Shown: piece after piece, positions 51,494-62,980 of the stretch
Position numbering within the stretch: the first letter of the stretch is position 1
Layout of the letters: every line of letters begins with the position of its first letter
Source of the DNA: Marsupella aquatica
Taxonomy: Eukaryota > Plantae > Marchantiophyta
DNA length: 64,000 nt
Direction: 5' to 3'
NCBI GenBank assembly: GCA_973895155.1
Contig: OZ316897.1
Span: 6,934,470-6,998,469 of the forward strand
The notes under the pieces: generated by a model
Told to the model about the DNA's origin: nothing
What the model saw: only the letters and a program-made list of their open reading frames with translations
Database searches by the model: none
Program-made: the position numbers and the translations under genes

Positions 51494-54400
51494 TGTCACG
51501 TTGTAGGCTTCGGCCTTAACTCAGACTTCAGCTTAGACGGGCACATCCCTCGTAAATCTGAGGGTTCGGGCAGGAAGGAAAGCACGTAATGCACCTTATT
51601 CTCGTAAACTAGCGCTAAGTGCGCCTACTGCTAAATATAGACACCTCCTAGGTATGGTTTGTGTTCCGCCGCCGGAACGTACCTTAGTCGATAGCAGGAT
51701 CGACCCCGGCTTAAGGGCTTCTAAGCCTTCGTGCTGTCCGCCTTCGATCCGGATTCGATGATACAGGTCCCCAACCCGTGCTTGCAACCACTTACCCGCA
51801 GGCTGCACCCTGTGCACGTCTCGGGTAGTGCGTTCGGCCTGGCGCTGCCACCCATATACGAGAAACCCACACACATATGCGCACACATGCATACAATCTT
51901 GATTTACACGAAGGAAAATGATGGGAAAGGATTTTACTACAAAGGGAACATATGCGTACACTTAGTTGACCCGACAGCCCTGGAATGAACAGGTTCAAGG
52001 CCGAGGGTGCACACTACAACGGAGCCCGGCTCCGCACTCGCCCGGCGAGCTCAGTCCTACCCCCTCCCCTTGGTACTCTTTCATTCCCAGAGGTCGGGAC
52101 TCCCCGCATATCCCACGGATGTTCGACTCTGAAACTAAAAACCCCCTGCCTCTACCGAGGGGTGCACTAAATACTAAGAGCCGAGGGATGGGGTGTCCTC
52201 TCGTCGAAGATTTGCTGACTAAGGTTCTAACTAAGCTGACAGTCAGGCCGGAAAACGGCTGTGTCTTATTAGAAGATCCTAATCTATGCAGGCTGGATAG
52301 CAGGGCAGCGCTGCTGTACCTAAGGCAGATGCCTGTCCCAAGAGCCTGACTAAGCCAATCCTAATCCTAATCTATTCCTACTCTGCCGCTAATGCTTGGC
52401 ACGCTTGCCAGAGCCGCCCGAATGGGAACGGCCATCCCGCTGCCTTCGAAGCCTGTCATTGTCCGCTTTGAGGAGCTGGACCTGGTCCAGCAGAGATTCG
52501 TTCTCTCGCCTCGCCGCGTCCGTCTCCTTTGCTGCCTCCTGACATGCCTCCTCCAGCTGCTGGGCGTCACTCGTCAGTTTAGCCGCCAGCTGATCCTGCT
52601 TCTCGGCCTCGGTTTGGAGCCGCGCTATCTCGGCCTGCAGCGTGGCTATCTCCGCCGTGTCCCGCTAGGCTCGCTCCTCGGCCTCCTCCAGGTCTTTCTG
52701 CCAGGTGACAGCTTGTTTCTTCAAACTGTCAATCTGGTTCCGGAGTCATGTAATCTCGGCCTCGTTCCCAGCTTTGGCCTGTTCGGCTAGGGCGGTAAGA
52801 GCGTGCGCCTTTGCTAACAACTCATCGGCGGCTGCAACCTTGGGTCGTAGTTGCAGAAGCTCAGCCTCTTGAGCCGCCACTTTGTTCTTTAGGTACACGG
52901 ACTCCACCCGGTACCGCTCTATCCTCTGAAGGGCCTCCGACTGGGCCCGACCTGCCTTTACTGCGGCAACCAACTCCTGATTGAAGAAACAGGCTACCTT
53001 CCGGGCCATGAACTCCCCGGTATCCCGGGCAATTTGATGAGAGAAATCTCCCAGAAGCCCGTTCAGAAACGTACCCTGTACGAAGAGTTCTGGGTGGTCC
53101 AAGTTGTGCCTGTCCGGATTTGGGCACGGGCAGACGTCAACACGCGCAGGGGCCGGGACAGTGACGTCCAGCCCTGGGGACATAACGTTGGAAGGGGCTG
53201 GAGTGTCCTCCTGCAGCAATGTCCGGTTCTCTGGAATTGCCACCAGTGGGTCCTTGGGAGACCCGGGTTCGGGTAAGACCTCTGTCGTACCAACTTCTGT
53301 ACTTAGCCCGGCTAGTTGGGTCGCATCAACCGTTGCGACGACCGACCCCTCCGGCGCCTCCTCGGTTATGATTACAGCTATTTGTGGAGGTGGGGTGGGT
53401 GAAGCTGGCGTGTCCATTGGACTTCGGGCCTCGGGTTGGGGCCGTCTCTCCAATGCCTGAAAAACCCACCTAGCTGGGACCAGCTTTGTAACGTTGATGC
53501 GGGGAAGGGTTCGTCGATCAAACCGGGCGTACCACTCAAGAATGATTTCAATGTGGCTAGCGAAATACGCCTTCCCGCCAATGTACAACGTCTTCCTTCG
53601 CCGCTCCATCTCTTCATGGAATTTCTTAGCGAAGTACAACGCCCATTTCCTAGGTCGATAGTTCTCGACCTGGATAACCTGGGCGGCGGAGATCTCCCCC
53701 CGGGTTCCATCATGTGGAGAGCGTACCTTTGGAACTCCAGCCGCTCAGCTATCTCGGGCATGAGGCAGGTCCTCATCACGAACCCGTTGTCTACTGCTCC
53801 CTCTGAGGGAAAACTTGAAGATTGGTACTTGGCCCCCTTGCCCCCGGGAGCCCGTGATTCAACTCGATGGTCACCTTCGGGTAACCCGAAGATCATCTTG
53901 AGCCGTTCTTTTGTGAGGGACATATTCCTTCCCCGTAGCCGAGTCTGTTGACGTACGTCGTCATAATTCTTGACAAATTCTGTCATGTCCTCCCCGTAGT
54001 ACCTGCAAGTGTTCCAGGGGAGAGAGGCAAGGTGCTCAAATACCTGAGTCTTCAGGTACACCGCATGCTTGGGATGGAGGATGTTGTTGTGAACGTTTTC
54101 CCCCATGCGGTGCATCATCACCTTGGCTACGGCTACCGTGGCCAACAGTAACCCGGATGCAGTGGCGGATTCCTTCCTCTTCTTTCCCCGTGACTGACTC
54201 GGGGAAGGTGATACTTCCCCATCCTCCCGATCGGGCCTAGGGAGTGCCACTGCCGTTGGTAACGGGCCCGGGGCGGCCACGGTCACCAGGTTGTCTGCTG
54301 GGGCCGCTCCTGGGGTCAGAGCAGGGGGTGGGGACGATATAGTGTCGGCCCCCCGAGCGCTTGTTCCTCTGGGCCGCCTGGTCAAGGGTGGGGTAGCCTC

Positions 54401-55508
54401 GTCGTCATCGCTAAGATCCACAACGTTGATGACGGAGCGTACCTGTGCTGGCTGGGTGATAGGTGGTGGGGTTTGGCTAGGCTGCGGCTGAGGCTGAAGT
54501 TGAAGTTGAGCCTGAGGTTGAGGCTGGGGTTGCATGGGCACGGGTACGGGTACGGGCACGGCTGAGTTGGTCATGTTGGTCGATGGCCGAGTTCCTATGA
54601 AGCTCTGCAGGTGCTGGTAGAAGTTCTCCGAAGCGAGTGCGGACGCCCTTGTTGAACGGTTGGTACTGGACTCGCCGTTAATGACAGCCCGAACCTGGGC
54701 AGGGATGTGGTCGAAGTGATGTCGCTGCAGGTCGATTGTACCCGGGATGTTGAAGACCTCGTCCGGAAGCCGAAGCAATGCTTCCCAGAACCCGATATAT
54801 TTGTCTCCGTTGAAGAAGTACCCAGATACCTCTGCTGGTCGGTAAAGCTCGCTCTGAGACGGGTAGTCAAAGTTAAGGATGTAGTGGTGTCGTCCTGCTA
54901 GGCGGATGGCTCTCTCGTATTTGCGTTCGATTTCCTATCGGCGCGGGTTGGCATGTTTCAATGAATCGGCCAAGTGCCTTCCGGTAGATAGGAACTACGT
55001 CCAGAATCGAATGGCCGAGCTGGAGAGGATCGTGTGCGACATTCAGAGGAGATAGTAGTGGCAACCTAGAGAGAACGAGAGAGCTAGGGTCGAAGCTGGC
55101 GCGCGGACTGATGGACTGGTGCACTACAAAGGGTTGGCTCCCCTTTTATACTTTGAGGGCTTGTCGATCCCCGACGTCTCCTCGACGCCCATAGGTTGAA
55201 CCGCTCACGCTTGTGGTGTACCGGCCACTCCGCCGGTCTGAGTCAGCGTGCGTCAGTGACCGCTTCCTTAAGTTCGTTATACGGACCCGAGGGAGGGGCC
55301 CTTCCACGCTCGTAACCCGGGTGTGCGAATAGCGGCCCGCCGCCAGCCCGAACCTGAAGTCCCCCTTATTGCCTAATGATGTCCTACCCCTAATGATTAC
55401 CTAAATACTGTCGTTATGCTAATAATAGCGGCCTAAGACCCACCTAACGCGCGTGCCGAGCGCAGTTAGACTGAATCACTCATTAACCGTCATACCGGCG
55501 GCGTCACA
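51494..55508 (-). mobile_element. Family 3 solo LTR, 4015 bp, TSD CGGTG, protein-coding
   Basis: TGTCACG...GGCGTCACA; CGGTG at 51489-51493 and 55509-55513; host ORF continues across it. Confidence 0.92.
52389..55042 (-). pseudogene. Family 3 LTR-encoded accessory protein, about 880 codons (four in-frame stops, one frameshift near 53696-53701)
   Basis: Hand translation: MSHTILSSSAIRFW...YIGFWEAL...LPWN...EFVKNYD...TRLRGR...IFGLPEG...NGF...EISAAQV...coiled coil...GKRAKH*; TATA-like TATAAAA at 55144-55150. Confidence 0.82.
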
Positions 55509-55783
55509 CGGTGGCTTTGGAGAGAAGCAAGAAGGACGAGGTCATCCGATGGCTTAGGGAGATGGAAGCCAAGGTGGAAGACCTAAAGGCGGCCAAGAAA
55601 GCCCAAGATGAGCTACGGATTAAATGGCATGAGCTAAACATCATGCAGGGGCAGTTGGATACCGCGCAGTCTGATAATCAGATTATCAAGGATAAACTGA
55701 CTCAGACCCAAGGAGAGTTGGCCGAGGCGGTCAAAGATAGGGAGAAGTGGAAGCGAGAGCTGAGAGATGCAGAGGAGGCCCAC

Positions 55784-58351
55784 TGTGATGCCTAGACAGG
55801 AATCACTCGGCCAGTTAAGTGGGTAAAGCAGGAAGGCACCCTAGGAACACCTTAGTATAGGGACAAAACAAGGAAAATATAAACCATTAGGGGCAACCAT
55901 GGAACCCGGGCCGAGGCCGGAGGTAAGGACGCTGAGGGTGAAAACTCGATTAGGGTTAGGGCGCGTTAAGCGTCGGCGGCTAGGAAGGATCAACGGGAAG
56001 AAGGACCGGCAGAGGAGAGGGGTAAGGAGCACTTGCAGGAGATGGTGGCTCATTTGCGAGCACGAACTAGGCAGACGACTACGGGAGGCCAACTACTGTC
56101 AGCTGCTTAGGCAAGCACTCGGGGGGAGAGTAGATACCGACGATCGACCTAAGGAGGGTATGAGCAACGTCAATCAAGCGGCACATTTCTGGGGATGCCT
56201 GTTCGAACGGGCAACTGAGTACATCAAGACTTACGAGGACGAGGAATCAGAAAGGGCAGCTCGAGAATGGCAGGAGCTCGCTCGATTGTGGGAGCTGCGC
56301 AAGACGGCTTTCTTAGGAGGCGAACTCATCAAGGATGAGTTCCTGTGGACGCCTACCTCCAATCAACTTGACGATCTTCTGTTTTGCAAAGACAGCGTCG
56401 TCGGCATCCGAGAGGCCATCAAGAACTGCAACGACATACACTGGGAATTAAAGGGTAGCACGGAAAGGTGGACCCAGGCAACGGTGCTAGGAGAAACCTC
56501 CACAGCAGCAGAGATGAAAAGGAAGGGAGCCGTCAACGATGAAGCCACCCCGGCAAAAAGAACGAGGTCGGCGGCACCAAAGAAGCCAGCCGAGCAGCAG
56601 AGTAGGAGGCAGGGAGAAGCCGAAGAGGAGGAGGTCGATCCCATCAAGGCCATTCCAACCAGGGATGACACCTGGAAGGGCTGGGCGGCAACCCTACCGG
56701 TGGAAGTGCAACTACATTTTGCACGGGAGGAGGATGCATGCTTTACGGCAATGCAGACCAAGAAGTATCAAGGCTTCATGGCCGGATCCGGCTTAGAGGC
56801 CTTTGTAAGATTACCATGGTTGAAGCCGGAGGTACCGGAGTCAGACCTATTAGAATTCGTGGGGTCATGGGAACCCGAGACCAATTGCACGAGGATATAT
56901 GGGAAGGATTTCTATCTTACTCCCAAGGTAATTGCCGAAGTGTTTGGCTTGCCGATAGGCAATAAGACCAAAGTTGATACCAGGAAGACCTTGCCTGACA
57001 AGGAGTTCCGGTCGTTCCCCGGGCCATCAACGAAGAATGGTTTCTTCCGGAACACCTGCACCAACCCGCACATAGGAGAGATGATCGACTTCTTGCGGGT
57101 GACCATGCATTGTAACTTGCCCAGGGCAGAGATCGGCAAGGCATAGGTCTATCTGGCAGAAAGGCCAGACCCAAGCCGGGACTACAACGGGTACCTCCTC
57201 AACCAATTGAAGAAGATCTTAAAGGAGGAGCAGCAGGTAATCGGCATGGGGAGCGTGTCGCGGCTTGGCTATCACATGCCGCTGTTGTGCCGGTATGCCA
57301 GAGGTCAGACTTTTGCCCCAGTACTTCCCCTGCAGGTAAGGGCACCCGAGGAAGCTCCAACGCCGAGGCCGTTGGCTGAGAAGCCTCAACCACCTGTTAG
57401 CCCTACGATCGAGCAGGTGTTTAGACCCAGGAAGGAGGACTTGCCGATGCAGCAACCAGGCATGCAGAGTCTGCTGAAACTACTGGAGAAAGAAAAGAAA
57501 TCGGCATCGGCAACAACAACGGCAATGGCAACAATGCAGGACACTACTACAGAGGTAGGCCTACACCGGCTCACAAGAGAAAACCCCTTTGCTGGAGACA
57601 AGGAGAGAATCAGGCCGGAATCCAAGCCAGGTGTTCGAATGTATGTGGGAATCTCAAGCTCCGAATCTGAGGCAGAATTGCCTGAAGCTCCTACCGACGA
57701 AGAGGAGAGGGAGAAGCCGGACGTCCAAGAAGTAGAGGAGGCAGTGGAGGACTGCAGCCATGATAATTCTGGCTATGGGTTGGACCATCACGTTCCAGGA
57801 GTAAGGACCTGTGGCCGGTTTGTCCCCACACTTCCAAGGGTAGTGCGAGGGGACCCCAACCAGCAGAGTAGCCCTGAGTCTCCCCCACCAGATGTTGCTC
57901 CCCCGAGCTTCGACGGCATAAAACAGACGGTGCAGGAATTTCAGGAGCGAATCAGGAAGGAAGAGGAGGCAGCCCTGGCTAGGGAAAAGGATTTACCAGG
58001 AGGAGATTGGCCGGAGGACATCAGGCGGCTAGCCAAAAAAGGAAGCAAACCTCTAGCCACGATTGAAGAGATCCGCAAGACGGCTTGGGAGCAGAGGCCG
58101 CGATGGGCGATGCCGATCACTTCTACTTACTCCACCTACGCTAAGAATAGAGCCATGGAGTATGGTGAGATGTGTGGGGAACTTGCGCTCGGCATCTTTG
58201 GAGAGGAGTTGGAGGTAGGACCCTTTTTCCATAGGGAGCAGTTGGAGAAGCACCAATTAGAAGAAGCGGTGGCTTTAGAGAGAAGCAAGAAGGACGAGGT
58301 CATTCGGCGGCTTAGGAGGATGGAAGCCGAGATTGAAGATCTAGGGGCGGC
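55784..58351 (+). mobile_element. Family 1 LTR (5' 2.57 kb), interrupted by the next copy
   Basis: Starts TGTGATGCC at 55784; ORFs 55899-57146 and 57207-58394 in frame with one TAG between them. Confidence 0.92.
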
Positions 58352-61300
58352 TGTGATGCCTAGACAGGAATCACTCGGCCGGTTAAGTGGGTAAAGCAGG
58401 AAGGCACCCTAGGAACACCTTAGTATAGTGACAAAACAAGGAAAATATAAACAATTAGGGGCAACCATGGAACCCGGGCCGAGGCCGGAGGTAAGGCTAA
58501 GGGTGAAAACCCGATTAGGGTTAGGGCGCGTTAAGCGTCGGCGGCTAGGAAGGATCAACGGGAAGAAGGACCGGCAGAGGAGAGGGGTAAGGAGCGCTTG
58601 CAGGAGATGGTGGCTCATTTGCGAGCACGAACTAGGCAGACGACTACGGGAGGCCAACTACTGTCAGCTACTTAGGCAAGCACTCGGGGAGAGAGTAGAT
58701 ACCGACGATCGACCTAAGGAGGGTATGAGCAACGTCAATCAAGCGGCACATTTCTGGGGATGCCTGTTCGAACGGGCAACTGAGTACATCAAGACTTACG
58801 AGGACGAGGAATCAGAAAGGGCAGCTCGAGAACGGCAGGAGCTCGCTCGATTGTGGGAGCTACAGAAGACGGCTTTCTTAGGAGGCGAACTCATCAAGGA
58901 CGAGTTCCTGTGGACGCCTACTTCCAATCAACTCGACGATCTTCTGTTTTGCAAAGACAGCGTCGTCGGCATCCGAGAGGCCATCAAGAACTGCAACGAC
59001 ATACACTGGGAATTAAAGGGTAGCACGGAAAGGTGGACCCAGGCAACGGTGCTAGGAGAAACCTCCACGGCAGCAGAGATGAAGAGGAAGGGGGCCGTCA
59101 ACGATGAAGCCACCCCGACAAAAAGAACGAGGTCGGCGGCACCAAAGAGGCCAGCCGAGCAGCAGAGCAGGAGGCAGGGAGAAGCCGAAGAGGAGGAGGT
59201 CGATCCCATCAAGGCCATTCCAACCAGGGATGACACCTGGAAGGGCTGGGCGGCAACCCTACCGGTGGAGGTGCAACTACATTTTGCACGGGAGGAGGAT
59301 GCATGCTTTACGGCCATGCAGACCAAGAAGTACCAAGGCTTCATGGCCGGATCCGGCTTGGAGGCCTTTGTAAGATTACCATGGCTGAAGCCGGAGGTAC
59401 CGGAGTCAGACCTATTAGAATTCGTGGGGTCATGGGAACCCGAGACCAATTGCACGAGGATATATGGGAAGGATTTCTATCTTACTCCCAAGGTAATTGC
59501 CGAAGTGTTTGGCTTGCCGATAGGCAATAAGACCAAAGTTGATACCAGGAAGACCCTGCCTGACAAGGAGTTCCGGTCGTTCCCCGGGCCATCAACGAAG
59601 AATGGCTTCTTCCGGAACACCTGCACCAACCCGCACATAGGAGAGATGATCGACTTCTTGCGGGTGACCATGCATTGTAACTTGCCGAGGGCAGAGATCG
59701 GCAAGGCACAGGTCTATCTGGCAGAAAGGCCAGACCCAAGCCGGGACTACAACGGGTACCTCCTCAACCAATTGAAGAAGATCTTAAAGGAGGAGCAGCA
59801 GGTAATCGGCATGGGGAGCGTGTCGCGGCTTGGCTATCACATGCCGCTGTTGTGCCGGTATGCCAGAGGTCAGACTTTTGCCCCGGTACTTCCCCTGCAG
59901 GTAAGGGCACCCGAGGAAGCTCCAACGCCGAGGCCGTTGGCTGAGAAGCCTCAACCACCTGTTAGTCCTACGATCGAGCAGGTGTTTAGGCCCAGGAAGG
60001 AAGACTTGCCGATGCAGCAACCAGGCATGCAGAGTCTGCTGAAACTACTGGAGAAAGAAAAGAAATCGGCATCGGCAACAACAACGGCAACGGCAACAAT
60101 GCAGGACACTACTACAGAGGTAGGCCTACACCGGCTCACAAGAGAAAACCCCTTTGCTGGAGACAAGGAGAGAATCAGGCCGGAATCCAAGCCAGGTGTT
60201 CGAATGTACGTGGAAACCTCAAGCTCCGAATCTGAGGCAGAATTGCCTGAAGCTCCTACCGACGAAGAGGAGAGGGAGAAGCCGGACGTCCAAGAGGTAG
60301 TGCGAGGGGACCCCAACCAGCAGAGTAGCCCTGAGTCTCCCCCACCAGATGTTGCTCCCCCGAGCTTCGACGGCATAAAACAGACGGTGCAGGAATTTCA
60401 GGAGCGAATCAAGCAGGAGGAAGAGGCCGCTCTGGCTAAGGAAAAGGATTTACCAGGAGGAGATTGGCCGGAGGACATCAGGCGGCTAGCCGAAAAAGGA
60501 AGCAAACCTCTAGCCACGATTGAAGAGATCCGCAGGACGGCTTGGGAGCAGAGGCCACGATGGGCGATGCCGATCACTTCTACTTACTCCACCTACGCTA
60601 AGAATAGAGCCATGGAGTATGGTGAGATGTGTGGGGAACTTGCGCTCGGCATCTTTGGAGAGGAGTTGGAGGTAGGACCCTTTTTCCATAGGGAGCAGTT
60701 GGAGAAGCACCAATTAGAAGAAGCGGTGGCTTTAGAGAGAAGCAAGAAGGACGAGGTCATTCGGCGGCTTAGGAGGATGGGAGCCGAGATTGAAGATCTA
60801 AGGGCGGCCAAGAAAGCCCAAGATGAACTGCGGATTAAACGACATGAGCTGAACATCATGCAGGGGCAGTTGGACGCCGCGCAGGCTGATAATCAGAATA
60901 TCAAGGATAAACTGACTCAGACGCAGGAAGAGTTGGCCGACACGATCAAAGAAAGGGAAAAGTGGATGCAAGAGCTGAAGAATACAGAGGAGGCCCACAT
61001 AACAGCCAACAGCCGGGCCATGGCGGAGACCCAAAGAAAGGAATGGGCGTTGAAAGGGGAGCTCGAGAAAATCCGCGGAGCCCTTGAGCAGAAGGAGGTC
61101 GAGTTAGGGAAATCCTATCAAGGGATTATGGCGCTGCAGCAGGAGCTTGCGTCCCTGACGGCCAGCTTCAAGGCCGACCTAAGGGAGAAGGACGAGATGC
61201 TCGAACAGACTTACGCCAAGATGAACCAGATGGAGTCTGTCATCATTGCAGAGCTCGACAAGGAGCTAAGAGCAACCCAGGAGGAGAAGGCTACCTTGAA

Positions 61301-62911
61301 GAAGGAATTGGAGGAAGCCCACAGGGAGCAGGAGGAGGCCAAAAACGAGCTGGAGGGGGCACGTAAGGACCTGGATGAAACCCAAGAGGAGTTGGAGGAA
61401 ATCACGACGAAGATGGAGAACCTACAGCGGCGGGCCGACAACCAAACAGAGCGGCTGAAGAAACAAGCCGCAGTATTTAAATGCTTAGCTGCAGCAGGTC
61501 CATCTCCTGTTGGGACAAACCAGTTACCAGGGGTGGTAATTGCCGAAGGACAAGCCGCGCCACCTGCACCAGTGCCGGAGGTAAGTGGGAAGGGGAAGGG
61601 ACCAGCTGCCGAGCCACCAACGAAGAAGAAGCGGAAACCTTCAGGGTCAAGGAGTAATACGACTTCACAGGCCGTGGTGATCAAGGAGGTAGACCCAGCA
61701 CCGACCCCAGACAGGGTCACGGCTAAGGATCCAACTACCCTAGGGGAAGGGGAAGCCGAAGCCGTGGGGGTGGCTGAAGCCGAAGCCGAAGCCGTGGGGA
61801 TGGCTGAAGCCGAAGCCGTGGGGGTGGCTGAAGCCGAAGCCGTGGGAGTTGTCGAGGCTGAAGCCGAAGGTGGACCCAGTCAGGCCGATGGAGAGTTGAC
61901 TCGGTCAAGGGCAGGTAATCTGTCAGTAGGCGGGCCAACGGCAGTGGCTGAGGAGGAAGTGTTGGGGGCGTCCATTGAGGATCCACCACCGGTGTCGTGA
62001 CGGTGCAAGGGCGCCGTTCCTTTTAGGGAGGGCGGACGTGGAGGGAGGAGGCGTGAGTGGGCAGGGCGGGCACGGATCTCCACGTTTAGGATTAGGATCA
62101 GAACCAGGAGCGGCCCTGACACTTAGCTTAGTGGGATTGCGGTCCCACTGGTAGGAGCAACACTTGTGCTCCTGCCTTGCTGTACATAGGTAGATTCGGG
62201 CAAGTAGATTACTGTTAAGTAGATTAGGCTTACGATGCAAAGAATGGCGGATCCACTACCAGGATAAGTACCTGGGCAGCGGGGAGCTCAGGGCCTCTTC
62301 TTTAGCAAGTTTTTAGTTTGCACCAGCCGGGCTGGGATCAAGTAGTACGAGAAGCTCTCGGTTAGTCATACAGTGACCCTTGTGTATATTCATGTTTCCT
62401 CATGCCTAAGAGCTGAATAGAGTTGGCCTCACGGCTTAGTTCGCAGAACTTGTGTATGAGATGTACTGTTTGTATGGCAAGTGCATGGTATGACTCAGTC
62501 AGAATGAGTCATTTTGCTATTTGTGTGTCGCATTAACTTGTGTGAAGAGTGCCCACATCAACAGAAGGAAGGAAAGTAAGCAGGGGAGTGAGAGTTGGAT
62601 GTGTCGAGCTGAGAGAGGTCTTAGCGGCTTAACCAAGCCTATTGGGGATCATTCCGGCGGCGGAATCCAAACATACCTAACAAGACGGAGGGGAAGACAG
62701 GGGAAGGCCTATATTAGGCCGGCTACGTATCTCATGACCCGATGAAGGATCTGTCCAGTATATGTGTGTAAAATGTTAATAGTAGTAGTAGAAGGTTAGC
62801 AGCGTCCCATGCCGCTAAGCCGCGGAAACGGCCTCGCCAAGCACGAAACCTGCGGGAATCGGCTTGAGCTGGGGGGTTTCTTGGGTTTAGGGAGCCATGG
62901 GACGCACCACA
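58352..62911 (+). repeat. 5' LTR of family 1 copy 3, 4560 bp
   Basis: TGTGATGCC at 58352 to GCACCACA at 62911, followed by PBS and gag. Confidence 0.96.
58725..62000 (+). CDS. Open LTR-encoded accessory protein (1091 aa from MSNV; frame open from 58428)
   Basis: Uninterrupted ORF inside the 5' LTR: N-terminal helical region, KRK/KR basic patch, LPWL...LLEFV...TRIYG...VFGLP domain, acidic linker, long coiled coil, KKKRK, AEAEAVG repeats. Confidence 0.88.
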   Translation: MSNVNQAAHFWGCLFERATEYIKTYEDEESERAARERQELARLWELQKTAFLGGELIKDEFLWTPTSNQLDDLLFCKDSVVGIREAIKNCNDIHWELKGSTERWTQATVLGETSTAAEMKRKGAVNDEATPTKRTRSAAPKRPAEQQSRRQGEAEEEEVDPIKAIPTRDDTWKGWAATLPVEVQLHFAREEDACFTAMQTKKYQGFMAGSGLEAFVRLPWLKPEVPESDLLEFVGSWEPETNCTRIYGKDFYLTPKVIAEVFGLPIGNKTKVDTRKTLPDKEFRSFPGPSTKNGFFRNTCTNPHIGEMIDFLRVTMHCNLPRAEIGKAQVYLAERPDPSRDYNGYLLNQLKKILKEEQQVIGMGSVSRLGYHMPLLCRYARGQTFAPVLPLQVRAPEEAPTPRPLAEKPQPPVSPTIEQVFRPRKEDLPMQQPGMQSLLKLLEKEKKSASATTTATATMQDTTTEVGLHRLTRENPFAGDKERIRPESKPGVRMYVETSSSESEAELPEAPTDEEEREKPDVQEVVRGDPNQQSSPESPPPDVAPPSFDGIKQTVQEFQERIKQEEEAALAKEKDLPGGDWPEDIRRLAEKGSKPLATIEEIRRTAWEQRPRWAMPITSTYSTYAKNRAMEYGEMCGELALGIFGEELEVGPFFHREQLEKHQLEEAVALERSKKDEVIRRLRRMGAEIEDLRAAKKAQDELRIKRHELNIMQGQLDAAQADNQNIKDKLTQTQEELADTIKEREKWMQELKNTEEAHITANSRAMAETQRKEWALKGELEKIRGALEQKEVELGKSYQGIMALQQELASLTASFKADLREKDEMLEQTYAKMNQMESVIIAELDKELRATQEEKATLKKELEEAHREQEEAKNELEGARKDLDETQEELEEITTKMENLQRRADNQTERLKKQAAVFKCLAAAGPSPVGTNQLPGVVIAEGQAAPPAPVPEVSGKGKGPAAEPPTKKKRKPSGSRSNTTSQAVVIKEVDPAPTPDRVTAKDPTTLGEGEAEAVGVAEAEAEAVGMAEAEAVGVAEAEAVGVVEAEAEGGPSQADGELTRSRAGNLSVGGPTAVAEEEVLGASIEDPPPVS

Positions 62912-62915
62912 TTTT

Positions 62916-62933
62916 TGGCGCTAGATGGAGGGG
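62916..62933 (+). promoter_or_regulatory. Primer-binding site of copy 3
   Basis: Identical to 826-843. Confidence 0.85.
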
Positions 62934-62980
62934 GCATTTCTTAAGCCGTGAGATATGAAGTTAGAACGGAAGCGTAGGTA

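Larger units (their letters stand above)
48925..55783 (+). mobile_element. Family 1 LTR (5' part) with degenerate accessory ORF, interrupted at 51494 and 55784
   Basis: Starts TGTGATGCC at 48925; ORF pieces 49034-51493 resume at 55509-55783. Confidence 0.92.
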
